DNA of 64,000 bases from Tubiluchus corallicola (lineage: Eukaryota > Animalia > Priapulida). This document shows, piece by piece, positions 12,901 through 25,600 of the stretch. The notes under the pieces are model-generated. The model saw only the letters and a program-made list of their open reading frames with translations, ran no database searches and had not been told where the DNA came from. Position 1 is the first letter of the stretch, and the number at the start of each line of letters is the position of its first letter. The stretch covers positions 248,001 through 312,000 of the forward strand of contig JAQGDQ010000032.1 in NCBI GenBank assembly GCA_030141605.1. Reading direction: 5' to 3'. A program made the position numbers and the translations under genes.

Positions 12901-15900
12901 AACTTGCCCTCTCGTGTGTTTAACGGCGCGCAAACAAACTCAATGTCGCGCTTTCAAAATGATATTGGGAAATCATAGAGGAACGCGTAGCGTTGAAAAT
13001 GGCGTATAGAAGTGGGGAATCAGTTCAGCGGAGAGATAAACTATGTAACTCAATAGGTTTTCAGCCTCATCGATCAATGTAATGAATAATGCTATTATAT
13101 TATTATAATTTTGAAAACCGTGCAACATGCAGAGCTCTGAAAGAAAAGTGGTACTTCAAATTAAACGTAAATAGGTAACTGAATAAAAACGAAAAGGCCA
13201 TCTCAAAATAATGAAATTACAAGAATACAGAAATTTTGGTGTCCCATTACTCCCTCACCAAATATGCAGTTACTACAACTTACTTTAAATTTATTTTTAT
13301 TATAAATTTGAATTTATTTGCAAATATTTATTAGCATCAAACATTTAGTAAGAACTCACAGTGTCAACCTGAAATTTATCCTGCTTACAATACAGTAGTT
13401 AAAACACACATTTGTTATGCACCCATTGGTATTGCTAAAACATGTATTTATCTTCTACAATTATGCATGTCATGGTTTCTGCTAAAAAATTTCACAGTAA
13501 ACTATGTGTAAAATGCTAATGAAAGTATAGTCCTAAGGAACATTACTATAACTGCAATGCTCCTCAGCATTGATCAGACTTCACCAACATGGCCATATAC
13601 AGTGATAGTGATAATGTCTGTTTGTTTTTGTTACATAATGACATACTGTCATAGTGAAATAGTGAAATAGGGAGCAGCAACAGTGAACGGCAACTTTAAT
13701 TATTACATAATGATTTAGAGCAAGTTCATGTGAAAATTTGCCTCGAAGTGTTTTGCTTATATATTCTATGCCTGAACAATGTGAATAACTTTGATTTACT
13801 ACTATGTAAATATTTAACAAAATTGGCAATTGTGATTACGATTTGCTGACAGATCAAACCGTAACAGATAATAATATTAATAGTAATAATTAATAGAATA
13901 ATGAGATGTCTAATTTTAATCTTTTAGGCCATTTCCAGCAGTTTCCACGCATGGAAGGATGTATCAGTGCGATTTCTTAGGAAAGTTTTTTACGCCAGAA
14001 CATTTCTATGGATTGCATTGTTGGTTACCTTCTGCACTTTATCTTATTTTCTGACAGTATCTGATAAAATCTACCCAAACAAGGCTGCGAGAAACCTCAT
14101 AGCAATAGGTAATTTCTAATATATCATAAATTTAAACAGAAGCCACATGCCATCAAAACATAAAAGACCTAAAATGTACTTATGTGGTGGGTGTGAATAT
14201 AATAAGTAAATACTCAGCTAACTCTGCTTCCCATCCCAAATAGACCAATAATATTTTTGTGTTAAACTATTAAGCCTGTGTAAACATTAGGCGAGAATGG
14301 TTGGAACTTTCAATATTTATTTCGAACGAGTTTTTTTAATTCGAATTCAATTCAAACCTAAAATTACAGGTAGGAATAATTTAACACTTCAATTATATAT
14401 GTCCTTTATAATTAAATATTTGAAACATCATGCATTTAGCACAATTTAGCTGTGATTTCTGTTCACAATTTTTAAGCTGTGCAGAACAAAGCCAAGTAAT
14501 ATTCCTGATCTTTATGAGACAACTTTTTATCAGTGATTAGAATATCTTTAAAAGTGAATTTGAATTCGAAAATGCTGAAATTTGGTTTGATTCGAGTTTG
14601 AAGATCACAAACACGATTCAATTCGATTCAAATTCATGTTTTTGTGGAGAATGCTCACCTCTAATGATCTTAATGGCAGATACTATCTTCCAAGAATATT
14701 GGAATTTGGAGAACTTTTTACGTTAAGTCGTTAACATTAAATTTTCTACATAAAAATTGTGTGGCTCTTACACGTATATGCACAACCTTCAAAAACAAAA
14801 TATGCTTAATGTAGCTACAAAATAATGGTGCAATTTTATTTTGCAGATTCAACAAATATACGTGAATCGCCTGTATCAGATGTCTCTAAATTTTCACAGC
14901 TAGAAAACGAAACGATAAATTTGAACGATGAAACATCAGAAAGGCAAAGTTTTACCAACCCAGTTATGATAAGCAATGAGGATGCAACTGTGTCACCAAA
15001 TGAACCTGACAGTGAGCCACGAATAAAACATGCAAATGAGAACAAGAATATTAAGAAAATGAAGTGGAAAACATTGCAGAAACAAGCGAATGATTTCTCT
15101 ACAGCTTTAAAGGAGATTAAAGATAGAAGAGAAGAACTTACAGATGTTGACAGAAAGTCTCAAGAAGAGCATAAGATGAGAAGCTCTTACAAAAAATTAG
15201 ACCGAACACATAATCAAAAAGTTAGACAAAGTTTACCTGTTAAGAATAATAACAATGTGCAGCGAAGCTCACAAAAAATGGAACAGGGTCCGAATTATAT
15301 GTTACCACAGGGTCCTGCTAAACGAGTGCTACAGACTTCTTATAATAATCACTACAATCCACACCAACTGATAAATACTGGAAAAGCTGCCCAAGATGAG
15401 ACTTTACCAAAATTTTCGCAGTCTGCTTATCCAAAAGTAATATATGAAGACAGCTCATCTTCTCTGGGAAAGAAAAGAGTGTATTACATCAATGCAGCAC
15501 CAGCTATAACGACAGTGCCAACGTACATAAAAATGAGGCATCCGAACTCACAAATACCTGAAGGAGAAATGACTGCTGACATTAGAAACGAGCGTAGAGA
15601 ACAAATTACACCAACTCCGAGCAGTACTTTGGCAGAGGAAGACACAACAGGCACATCTACTAGTGGGCCAAAACAGACTGTAAATATTGAAATGGAAAAT
15701 GTACATGATGAACCATCCCATGACAGCAGAAGAGATTACAGTGTGATAGATGAATACTATGTCCCAGAATTTCCCCAGTCTAATAATGTGTATCATGGAA
15801 ATTATGTCCAAATGTATACACAAAGAGATCACCAATACATAAATGAAGCCTATTCAAACAACAGAATGCCTAATCCATCAAGATTTGTCTCAGTACCTCA

Positions 15901-16897
15901 ACAAGGGCATGTGATTGCAAAACAGTCGAAAAAGAAAGTGGTGATTATTTCCACACGATACAGATCGGGTTCTACTTTCACTGGAGAAATGTTTAATCAA
16001 AATCCAAACTATTTTTTCACATTTGAGCCATTGCATTCTTTCAAAAGAAAAGTCCTAGACTTCGCATCACTAAGTGAAGTAGAAAAGGGCATCAGACGCA
16101 GAGCTCTACTGGAAAGTATTTTCCTCTGCAATCACAACAGTGACTATCGCCCAGCTCCCAACTTTTTATCAATGACAAAAGCCATATCTAAATTCACAGG
16201 CTGTCCAATACCAGAGACTCTGGGTAAAAAACTTGAACCAAAATGCTCAGCAAAAGCAAAAGCGGTCATAGCCCAACCATGGTTGGTTCCTGAGCTATGC
16301 TCAAAATATAAATACAGTGCTGTGAAAACCATAAGAGCAAACATAAGTGACTTAGTGCCACTACTGGATCACGATCAGCTGGATGTGAAAATTATACAGT
16401 TAATCAGAGACCCACGTGGCATGTTTCGCTCATGGTTCCCAAAACTGAATAACAACGATGAACAGGCATTTATGAAACTAAAACGAAATGTATCCAGCAT
16501 TTGTAATGAATTGCTGATGAACCTTTATGATGGTGAAAGGTTACGCAAATATAAACCTGATCAGTATCTGCTACTTCGGTATGAAGATTTGGCTGCTAAC
16601 CCTATTGATGTCGTGAAAGCTATGTACTCTTTTTCAGGAACTGAGTTGCATAATAATGTACTCAGATGGATTTACTTTAATACGGGGCAGTCAGAACGAG
16701 CGAATGCAGAAAAGGTGCAGAGACGTTTTGGAACATTCCGGACAGATTCCAAATCTACCGCAACGAAATGGAAAACTGCTCTGCCTTATAGTGCCATTAG
16801 AATCATTGAGGACAACTGCCGCGAGTTCATCCTAAGTGCTGGGTACAACTTATTTGACCCTTCGACTACTACTACCTCAGAGAATCTTGAGCAATAA
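7000..16897 (+). CDS. Golgi carbohydrate sulfotransferase, CHST1/CHST3-like (Gal/GlcNAc/GalNAc 6-O-sulfotransferase family), ~744 aa type II membrane protein
   Basis: Exons: 7000-7002 (ATG|GTAAGT, inferred), 13928-14108 (AISSSFHAWKDVSVRFLRKVFYARTFLWIALLVTFCTLSYFLTV..., TM anchor, phase 0 to 1) and 14847-16897. The catalytic domain has the 5'-PSB motif STRYRSGSTFTGE, FTFEPLH, the 3'-PB motif IIQLIRDPRG, and LLRYEDLA. Confidence 0.9.
7228..7668. mobile_element. hAT-superfamily MITE (441 bp)
   Basis: TIRs TAGGGGTGAGCAT / ATGCTCGCCCCTA (1 mismatch), a perfect 8-bp TSD ATTGTTAG (7220-7227 and 7669-7676), dense subterminal TTCGAA repeats and no coding capacity. Confidence 0.92.
8360..8460 (+). mobile_element. 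tRNA-derived SINE head fragment
   Basis: B-box-like ggtcgtaagttcgcgcc followed by gagtcatacaaaagactttaaaatggtacctgctg, a SINE body I recall from other metazoans. It does not form a full tRNA cloverleaf. Confidence 0.55.
10843..11287. mobile_element. Degenerate inverted-repeat (MITE-like) element with GGTAAAA(C/T)GGCAC subrepeats
   Basis: The left end ggtaaaacggcaca...ggaaaaaacggcacac is mirrored by gtgccatttttactac...ttttttcctgtccaagttttaccta at 11231-11287. Confidence 0.5.
14288..14663. mobile_element. Diverged second copy of the hAT MITE at 7228-7668, in a sulfotransferase intron
   Basis: It shares internal sequence (gaaacatcatgca..tagca.aatttagctgtgatttctgt, gcagaacaaa..caagtaatat), TTCGAA repeats and the right end gagaatgctcacctcta. 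Confidence 0.8.
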
Positions 16898-18108
16898 ATA
16901 TTACTGCTAAGCAAAGCGATGTGCTTGAAATCAGTGATGCACCATGCTACAATGGACATGCCAGTGATTTAGCTCAGTCTGTCCTATAGAAACAGTTGTT
17001 AAATAAAATTCAGAAATGCACAAAAAAGTAATTCAAATGTTTGTAAAGATAATTCTGTTTGTATAGATGACTATGCCTAGACTACTGTAAAATTAAAATG
17101 TAAATACATTCAAAACTAGTTGGCACCTTGTCATTGTTATTATGTTCTTGTTTTATTAAGATATATAGCAAAAAAATGACCGTATATTGTAATACGTCAA
17201 GCTGAAAGCCTAGCTTGAATTTAAAACATGCACAGCAAAAAAAAACAACTTATGATAGAAAAATATTAACATAGGGAGGGAGATCAATAGAAAACTGTTC
17301 TTTTCGACTTCCAGTCGTCGGTCTTGATTCTACAGTAACAAAAAAATAAGAATTATTGACTGTTATTCAGCCCAGCAGATGGCTCTGCTTACACTGTTGG
17401 CTACAGACAATAGATTTTACTGACTTTACATTTTCATAAATTACATCAACATGTATGTCTACTTTTTTAGAACAATTCTACAGTTTGCCAAACAACAGTT
17501 AACAAATGTTTCAAATAAAGCTCAATAAAAATTGAAAAATGATAAGCTCGGAACTTTGTATAAACAAGTGATCATGTTCTTAAAATGTATTACACGTGTA
17601 TAGCATTGACCAGACTGTTCATAACCTCATAATTACAAAAATAGATACCCGTTAAATAGTTTATATCTTTCAAAATAAGCTATGCAGAAATTTATCTCAC
17701 TCATACATATGTTAAACTATTATTAGCTCAAAGTTAGCCCTATAATACTTGTGAGTCCATGGCATCGAAATGTCTAAGAAAAATGTACAGTAAAAATATA
17801 ATAATAATACGATAAAATAAATGCAGAGCTTTTATAACAGCAGCATGATAAAAGTATATTAATGGTTATTTTACAATATAAAGCAGCAATATCAAATGTT
17901 GAGATAGTCCAGTTATTATGCCACAGCATTAAAAAAATAAGATAAGATTAAGTAGGATGAATGCAATCTTTAGCAAATATCACTGTAATACAAACCATAC
18001 TGCAATATAAGAAGTATTTGTAACCATAATTAATCTCAGTAGTACCCTCCACACCATATTCATCACTATTTACTGTAATGTTTTATTTGTGAATCCTTCT
18101 TGCATTAA

Positions 18109-19011
18109 TCACATGGAAAGTAAAGTTTGCCTCCAAAGAAGCTTAATCTCCTTGGGATGTTTTGTCAAACCAAAGAGAAAATTGGGTTTCTTTTCATATT
18201 CGATAGTTTTTTTAATATTACTAGGTTGCCATTCCAGTCCACCATCAAATTTGTTTAACAGAATACCTAAACGTTGACGAAGCACTGCAGTGATAAAAAC
18301 ATCGTCTAGCTTAAAGAAATGTTCTGACGTAGATAGTCGTACCAAATCACGGCTGACATCGCGAGATACCATGTAAGCAGCACCACTGCAAAATGGAGGA
18401 TAAGTTCCATCTCGTCGCCACTCCTCTCTTGATACATAGTACTTGCTGGTCTCGTCTCGAATAACCTCATTTTTATGGAAAATATGTCCACAACAAATGA
18501 GATGCACAGATCCTTTACTTAAACCAAATCTTTCTTCAATTTCTAATGCAAGACTGAAAATGTTAATATAAACATCATCATCGACTTTCAGCACAAAATT
18601 GGCTGATGCACAAAACTCTTCTGCCCATTTTAAGCCAAACATGTTTTTATAAGTAAGGTTTTGGTATGAATCCAGGAAATTAGCTTGAATGATGTCATTG
18701 TGCTGCTCACTCTCAGCATTGATATCTTCCTGTTCAGTTGTGTTCATCGTCTGCCCCAGGACAAAAACTACCCTGTACAACAAAGTGGATTGATACTTCT
18801 TCCAGTTACCCCATGTTTTCCGAATAACATCTCGTGATTCAGCATGATTTGCCGCAGAGGAAACAGTTATTAAGAGATCAGGATTACCCTCACACATCTT
18901 GTGAGTGTTTGTTACAATTTTGTATGATTTGAGATCCACAAGACAGGAATCCTTGCAGAATGCTAAATTCTGGGCAAACGCTGCTAACACAAGGATATTT
19001 CGAAATAGCAT
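18109..19011 (-). CDS. Beta-1,3-galactosyltransferase-like (GT31 / Galactosyl_T), 300 aa, single coding exon
   Basis: Motifs LITVSSAANHAESRDVIRKTWG, ESEQHNDIIQANFLDSYQNLTYK, FVLKVDDDVYIN (DxD), YPPFCSGAAY and KLDDVFIT. A splice acceptor TTTTCTAG lies 24 nt upstream of the ATG (19036/19035), and AATAAA lies ~22 nt after the stop. Confidence 0.93.
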   Translation of the reverse strand: MLFRNILVLAAFAQNLAFCKDSCLVDLKSYKIVTNTHKMCEGNPDLLITVSSAANHAESRDVIRKTWGNWKKYQSTLLYRVVFVLGQTMNTTEQEDINAESEQHNDIIQANFLDSYQNLTYKNMFGLKWAEEFCASANFVLKVDDDVYINIFSLALEIEERFGLSKGSVHLICCGHIFHKNEVIRDETSKYYVSREEWRRDGTYPPFCSGAAYMVSRDVSRDLVRLSTSEHFFKLDDVFITAVLRQRLGILLNKFDGGLEWQPSNIKKTIEYEKKPNFLFGLTKHPKEIKLLWRQTLLSM

Positions 19012-20369
19012 TTTGACAATTTCAACTAATGTAACCTAGAAAAAGTAAAACTTATTTTATCTCCACATTCTCTTTGAAGCTCGTGTTTTAATTAGTGGCA
19101 ATCAGTATTTAAATTTATTAGGCCTATTACTAGTATGAGCTTACATATTACAGTCTATACATAGCTATTTCAGTTGGAATCTCATCTATCCACTGACCAA
19201 TGCAAATATAATGGGCATATTCAAGCGCTCAGAGAAATGTGAATTGCTGACAACTCCTGGCTTTATTTTTCAACCAGGACTCTCAGGCTGCATTTTTATT
19301 AATCTGTTATAAATCTGCAAATGTGAGATTTACACTTTTTAAAATCGGTCATCTCCCAATTTAGCATTAAAATTTCTTAACAATGCATTCTAGTTGCAAT
19401 CAACAGAAGAAAGTAGTATAATAAAATTTAACGGATTACCCTACCTCATACTATTATCTAAAGTATATATATTTATTAGATTACAAAAACGTTATAATTG
19501 AACATCTAAACATCAAGCAAAGTTAGCCTATTTACTAGTATTTAGCTAATCCATTTCGCAGCAGTATAATCTTAGACAAAATTTTTCAAGCTAGATCATA
19601 TAGTTAAAAATAGTTATCTTTAATAATTCATTCTAATGTGTAATGCAGTAAGATATTTATTGGACGAGGTAGTAGTTTTATAAAGAACTTCAACCACTGT
19701 AAGCCCCCCTAAGCTCCACTCAAACACCTATACACTGCTCTAGCACTTTATAAATTAGTGCCACCGCTATACTATTTTGTTTTTGTTCACGGTAGTTTAA
19801 TACGGATGCATGAGATTTGGCTAACATTATGACTAAATATTTATAAATTGTATAAATTAGTTAATTTACTGCATGACTACTGGCTTCTTTAATAAAATTT
19901 TATCTAACATTTTAAAGAATATTTTTTGGTTGAGCACGATTGTTTCATTTCATTCCGTTGTTTGAAATATACATTTTTTGCTTGATTTTATGTATTCATA
20001 TGACATTACATGCTGCTCAGGAAAAAATTTAGACATGATATGAATATAATATATATACAAACTAATCTCAGAATCTTGTTTATAAACAATTGCAATTCTT
20101 CTGAAGTTCTGATACAGTAAAAAAACTACAGAAACATCTTTGAAAATATATGCATATATTTTCGTCGTTTTGGTTACCTTACGTTTACTTTACACAATTT
20201 GTCGTTATAAAACTACAAAATTATGCCTTTAACAATTTGCTTTTAACATACAACAACAGTTGAGAATAGGCGCAATCTTCGCTGCGATTAATTTACGTTT
20301 CTAAAATCTAATTCGTTTTCTGGGACAGAGACTACTGTCGTTTTGGCACTGCTAAAGTTAGAATCAGAA

Positions 20370-20590
20370 AACTAAGATGGGTAGATATTTAACGAGATTG
20401 CCAGAAACAACACCAGTAAGATTAGTATTAAATGAGGCACTGAAACCTGCTAAACGACTACCAGGCAAACCAAAAACAACTTGGATAGACACAGCAGTTG
20501 AGACCAAACTTAAAAATAGCATAACAGGAGTTGAAAATTTTAGATACAGACAGGAAACAGTGCGGTGCTCTAACAAAGGATAGAGGCTAC
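20370..20590 (+). mobile_element. RTE-like LINE 3' ORF remnant
   Basis: GRYLTRLPETTPVRLVLNEALKPAKRLPGKPKTTWIDT matches the RTE C-terminal GH..R.....P.......KR.RGRP..TW motif. Confidence 0.7.
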
Positions 20591-21896
20591 AACAGATATT
20601 CAGAGCAACAGAAGACGAAGAAGAAGGAGCAGTAAATCTCTCAAACAGTTTGTACCACCACAAATTTTACCTGAAGCCTGCTCTGCGTGCGTAGATGTGC
20701 AGTCTTTTTATGGCACGAACTTGGATTGATCTTATTATTTTTACAGTGGACGCTCTGTCTGTACAAGAACCCTTGCACAGAAAAGGTGGCCCGGTTTATT
20801 TGGCCTTTTTGAACTTCCGCCTAAGCACTGATAAAGGACAATAGCATTTGGCGCCAAATCAAACTGACAATATTAGCGAAATTACGATCTGTATTCGACA
20901 ATAATCATTGATAAAAACCACAAAACATGCCAGGGATAACAATTTTCCACACTTACCAACCATTTTATCGAACTTTGCTAAAAGTGCTAACTTAGCAGTG
21001 GGTACATTTAGAGAAAATGAAAGAACATGATCACTTTTTAAACTTCATAAAGATTAATTAGCAAACAAATAATCGATCTGTAATAACCATTCAGTTTCTG
21101 TTTCTCGGGAATAAAAACGACCAAATACCAATAATCATAATTGAGTTGATACGATTGTGTTCAATAAGTGATCTATAAATTAATTAGTAAATAGTAAATA
21201 GCTTATAAAATCCCAAAAAAATTCTTTTAAAATAAATTTGGCTAAGATCATAATGATTTTGAAAGCATCTCCTTCGAAGAGTGCTCTTTTAGAATGTTCT
21301 TTTGGATAAAAAGGTTTGTCAGCACGGTTCTAAAACCAGGATGTAGCTTTGCAGACCTCGCATTTTCAAATTTCATGATTTTTTTAAACAAATCACTCAA
21401 AACGAGACAAAAGGTCACTCGAGGGTTACAATGAAAGTTGAACAAATGAACACAAGCTCAGGCAAACAAACTTCGTGTAGTATCTGCATTGCTAGTAATA
21501 GAATTACCTTTTCATGTCGTTCTTCAGTCGAGTAAGGCTAAATGTGACAAGAACATCCCTTTAAACTTCCAGTTTTTAAACTCCGGAAAGTTTTTAGTCA
21601 TGCTATGTCAGCGTTTGCTGCTCTATTTTAACAATACTGCTAGTGTTCGTAAAGTTCTCTGTCAGCAGATTTCTAGAATCGGGGCTTCCTGGTTATAATT
21701 TTCAGAAGCAATTGAAGCTTTTGCGTTTACTACTGCCAGTCACACGACACGCAGCAAAGAGTTAAGCACTTTCAAAGTTGAAAGCGGGTATAAAAACTGT
21801 AAATTTTTACGATTATGAACCAGCTAAAATCAGTGTTTCACTCTGTAGTCGTGTGAATTGATTCATATTTTAGAGACGATGAGGTAACGCGTATCA

Positions 21897-22003
21897 CCTT
21901 TAAGGGAAGCCAAAATAGCCAATAATACTATTGTTAATTCTTCATATTCATCCTTAAGGGAAGCCAAACGATAGTCAATAACACTATTGTTAATTCCTCA
22001 TAC
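21897..22003. repeat. Tandem duplication, ~55-bp unit x2
   Basis: cctt(t)aagggaagccaaa...aataa(t/c)actattgttaattc(t/c)tcata occurs twice. Confidence 0.85.
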
Positions 22004-22149
22004 TAAGTGGTTTTTTCATTTTTGTCTCAGATGATAATTAGTATATGTTATTAACTCGTGTTCGTTATATAGTCATTTGTTAAATTGTGTTTACTGCTCT
22101 TTATTGCTCATTGTCTTAATACTTGTTCACAATACGAAAAATACGTAAA

Positions 22150-22675
22150 GTGAAGAAACAGGAAATTGGAAGAAAAGGAAGGATGGAGAATGTGTGAGAG
22201 AGAAAAAAAGACAAGAGGTAAAGGGGAGAGAAAGAAATGAGATATGAAGGACAAGAAAAGAGAAGAGAATAGGAGAGCAGAGCAGAAGAGAGGAGAGGAG
22301 AGGAGAGGAGAGGAGAGGAGAGGAGAGGAGAGGAGAGGAGAGGAGAGGAGAGGAGAGGAGAGGAGAGGAGAAGAGAGCAGAGCAGAGCGGAGCAGAGGAA
22401 AGTAGAGAAGAAAAGAAAAGAAAAGAAAAGAAAAGAGAAAGAAAAGAGAAGAGAAGAGAAGAGAAGAGAAGAGAAGAGAAGAGAAGAAAGGGTAAGGGAG
22501 GGAAGGGAAGAGAAGAGAACAAAAGAAAAGAGAAGAGGAAAACGAGATGAGACGATGCGATACAAGCCGAGATAATGAGAGTAGATAAGAGAAGAGAAGT
22601 TCGGGAAGAAAAGAGAATCAGAAGAGAAAAAGAAGAGACAAGAAGAGAAGAGAGAGGAGAGAGAAAAGAAGAGTC
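22150..22675. repeat. Compound polypurine pentamer microsatellite (GAGAG)n/(GAAAA)n/(GAGAA)n
   Basis: Directly visible; it explains the spurious L/S/P/F-rich ORFs on the minus strand. Confidence 0.95.
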
Positions 22676-25600
22676 GGTGCACTTGAAAGGACAAATGTAC
22701 TTTATTTTTTATACATACTTTTAATATTGCGCAAAAGATGTAAGCATGAACAGCAGTTATGCAAACGAACTCTGTATATTTACTTTCTTGTTATTTTAGT
22801 TACACAGTAATAAAGAACACCTTTTCGCTGAAAGTTGTCCGATAAAAAAAGGTAAGACATAAGAGTACCTGTGAGGTATCTGTGAAATTGTAATCAAGGC
22901 TGTAATGTGACCAACGCTAGCTGAAAGTTTTCGTGGTGTGTTATTCATTGTTATTCAACGTGAAACAATTGTTTGGGGTATATTACGCGCTCGTGGTCTA
23001 TTTTAAATGCAAAACAGTTAGAGTAAAAATCATTAAATTTTGCTGAATTCTAAAAATCTGAATAATTACTTTACATTACTTAATTATCAAATCCACTAAG
23101 TTTTATCAGAATAATACAGTTCTTCGTAGGTGATGTCGTAGTCGGTGTAATGAGTTACTGTGTGTTACTCTATAACAACTTGTACTTCAAAGCAAGAATG
23201 AATTTTAAAAAAGTAAAGCGTATAAAGAGGATATATAGGCGCTGTCTTACGCGTTAATAGGTCGAATAGCAAAACAGGTTAATGCTATTTATGAAATTAG
23301 CAGACAAACACGTTGAATGTATTGACGAACCTCTCTATTTAATTGACCCGTCTTTATTGAGAGGACGTGACGAGCCTTGCTGTTACAGTGCGGCTCCGAG
23401 TCAACAAACGTGGCAAAGGAAATTTCATAAAGCTTAATCGAACTTCCATTATCCTTACGTCATTAGTTAATGGCGACACGTGCCATCGATGCGGTTAATT
23501 TATACAGCACATGCATGTGAGGACGCAATTAAATTACCATGATTGTGTCATAGCTGCGATCTTTTTATAGTTGGTAATTTAAGTGAACCTCAAGACCCCC
23601 CCCCCACGCCAGACGAAGACGGTTGTCGTTCGCTTTAATTGTGCTTTTGTGGAAGAGCTGCCTCAGCAAATACAAAAGTTTTAAAATTCAGTGCACAAAA
23701 CAGGACACTGCGACTAGGTGAAGAAGCCTAATAGCAAATTATGTGTACAGTAACTAAAACTATATAATTAAAATCTTCCGTGCAAACCTTCTTTGTGACA
23801 CATCTGTTTATTTTAGCACATTACCTGGCGGCTGGCATACCACTTACGGAAATGCTGCAAGCGGTACTGCCAGTGAAGAAAATTACAATGGACCTACTTT
23901 TCGTCAAAATCAGCTGTACTGAATGGATATAGTTAAATTCTTTTTAATAGTTTAAGGAAATAGCTGTGTGCTTAATGATCGCACTTAAGGAACACTAGAC
24001 CGGGTTAGTAGATGGAGTCTAACTATAAACTGCTTTTCACTATTTTTCTCGCTGAGTAGAAAATGCACGTAGATTCAAACATAGATAAGATACTATTGCC
24101 GATTTAGAATCGCATCTTAGGCAGTTATCCTTGATACCGACCCTACAACAAGTATCAATATAATAAGATGATCCTATTCTGAGCTGCGGTTTTATAAGGC
24201 TGACCTGCAGTTTGCTGAATTGTACAGAAAATTGCTTGTTCGTTTTATTATTCTTGTAACATGTCTTTTTTACAAAGTTGTTATTTTGTCTAAAAAGAGC
24301 ATTTGTCTAATCGTTAATAATTAATCATACCTTAGTCATTTATCAGAAGCCATAATATAGCATACCATTTGTTACCCATGCAAGATGATTAAAACGCCGC
24401 AAGCACATGTCCCACGCGGCTTCAGCTGTTTGCGTTCTGAGTGAAATGATGCGCGTATTTTATAGCCAGCAATGAGCAACAAACAAAAACGTTCAGCAAC
24501 TCGGGCATTATCAGTGAACTGTAGCTTCAAAAGCACCTACAAAATGCTAGACATACCACCCACAAGTCTGAAATTTAACAACAAAACTGTAACTTAACAG
24601 CGTTTATTCCAAGGCGTTTTGGCAGCCAAAACTATAACAGTTGTTGAATACTGTAGAAAAAAAACAATTAGATGCAGTCAAATTAACAATACGTCACCGA
24701 AAGACCTATTTTTATTTTATTGTAAATTTTTGCTTGAAAAAGTAAGTTAATTTCCATTCATGACCTCACATACCTCAGACATAACCCATACGAAGCCAGG
24801 GGGACATTTTTTTTATCATACATAGGTCTTTCACTGATACTTTCAAATTTTACTGCTTCCATGGTGTTATTTTCTTTTTGTTTTCAGATAACTGCTGTAT
24901 TTTGTGAACGCCGAAACGATTCCGAACGGAATGAAAACTATAAGATTAAAGGCAACATGTTTAGTAGAAAAGTTAGCGCATCTAACACAAATTCATAGCG
25001 AAAGATATTGGGTGAGTACAATAAATAAATAAAAATTAAAGTAACTGGTGATTTTTGCAAACAGTTTCTACGTTACGTTGTACACTACTTCGATTAGTGT
25101 TAAAACTGGCACAGCTTAACCGAAGTAAAGTATTGATCTACATCTAGTTTATAATACCTTCAACTAATTAAAGACATCATAGTTGAACATGTAACATTAT
25201 CCAAACTAACCACATTAGCTTATAAGTTAAATTACTAAAAATCAGTTAGGAAATATAACGGTTGTTAGTTTGTTTGAGTTAGATCCATTTTTTGAAGAAA
25301 GATAAGATTTGTATTTGCACAAAAATTATCTCAAAGAAACGTTAATGGTTTTTTTTCACTCTTGCTGTAACAAATGAGGTAAATATTGGGGTGGGAGAGG
25401 GCTTCCGTTCAATTTGAAAAACGTATTATTAGTTAAATAACGTGTGTTCTTGTTGTAATGTTGTTCCTGATGTTCGCGCAATGTCAGTCGAAACCGCGTT
25501 AGATCTAATTATCCTGAAGCTGAAGTAAGATCTTTTTCGCAGATTGTTATTATTGATGCTAATTAATTTTGTCAAAATGTAACAAACTTTTGATTTTTTA

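Noticed and set aside
14825-14846. ATG at 14825 as the sulfotransferase start
   Set aside because: It lies in the polypyrimidine tract/acceptor (TTTTGCAG|); the upstream in-phase TM exon gives the expected type II topology.
22116-22694. 192-aa and 131-aa L/S/F/P-rich ORFs
   Set aside because: Translations of the polypurine microsatellite; stop-free only because of repeat composition.
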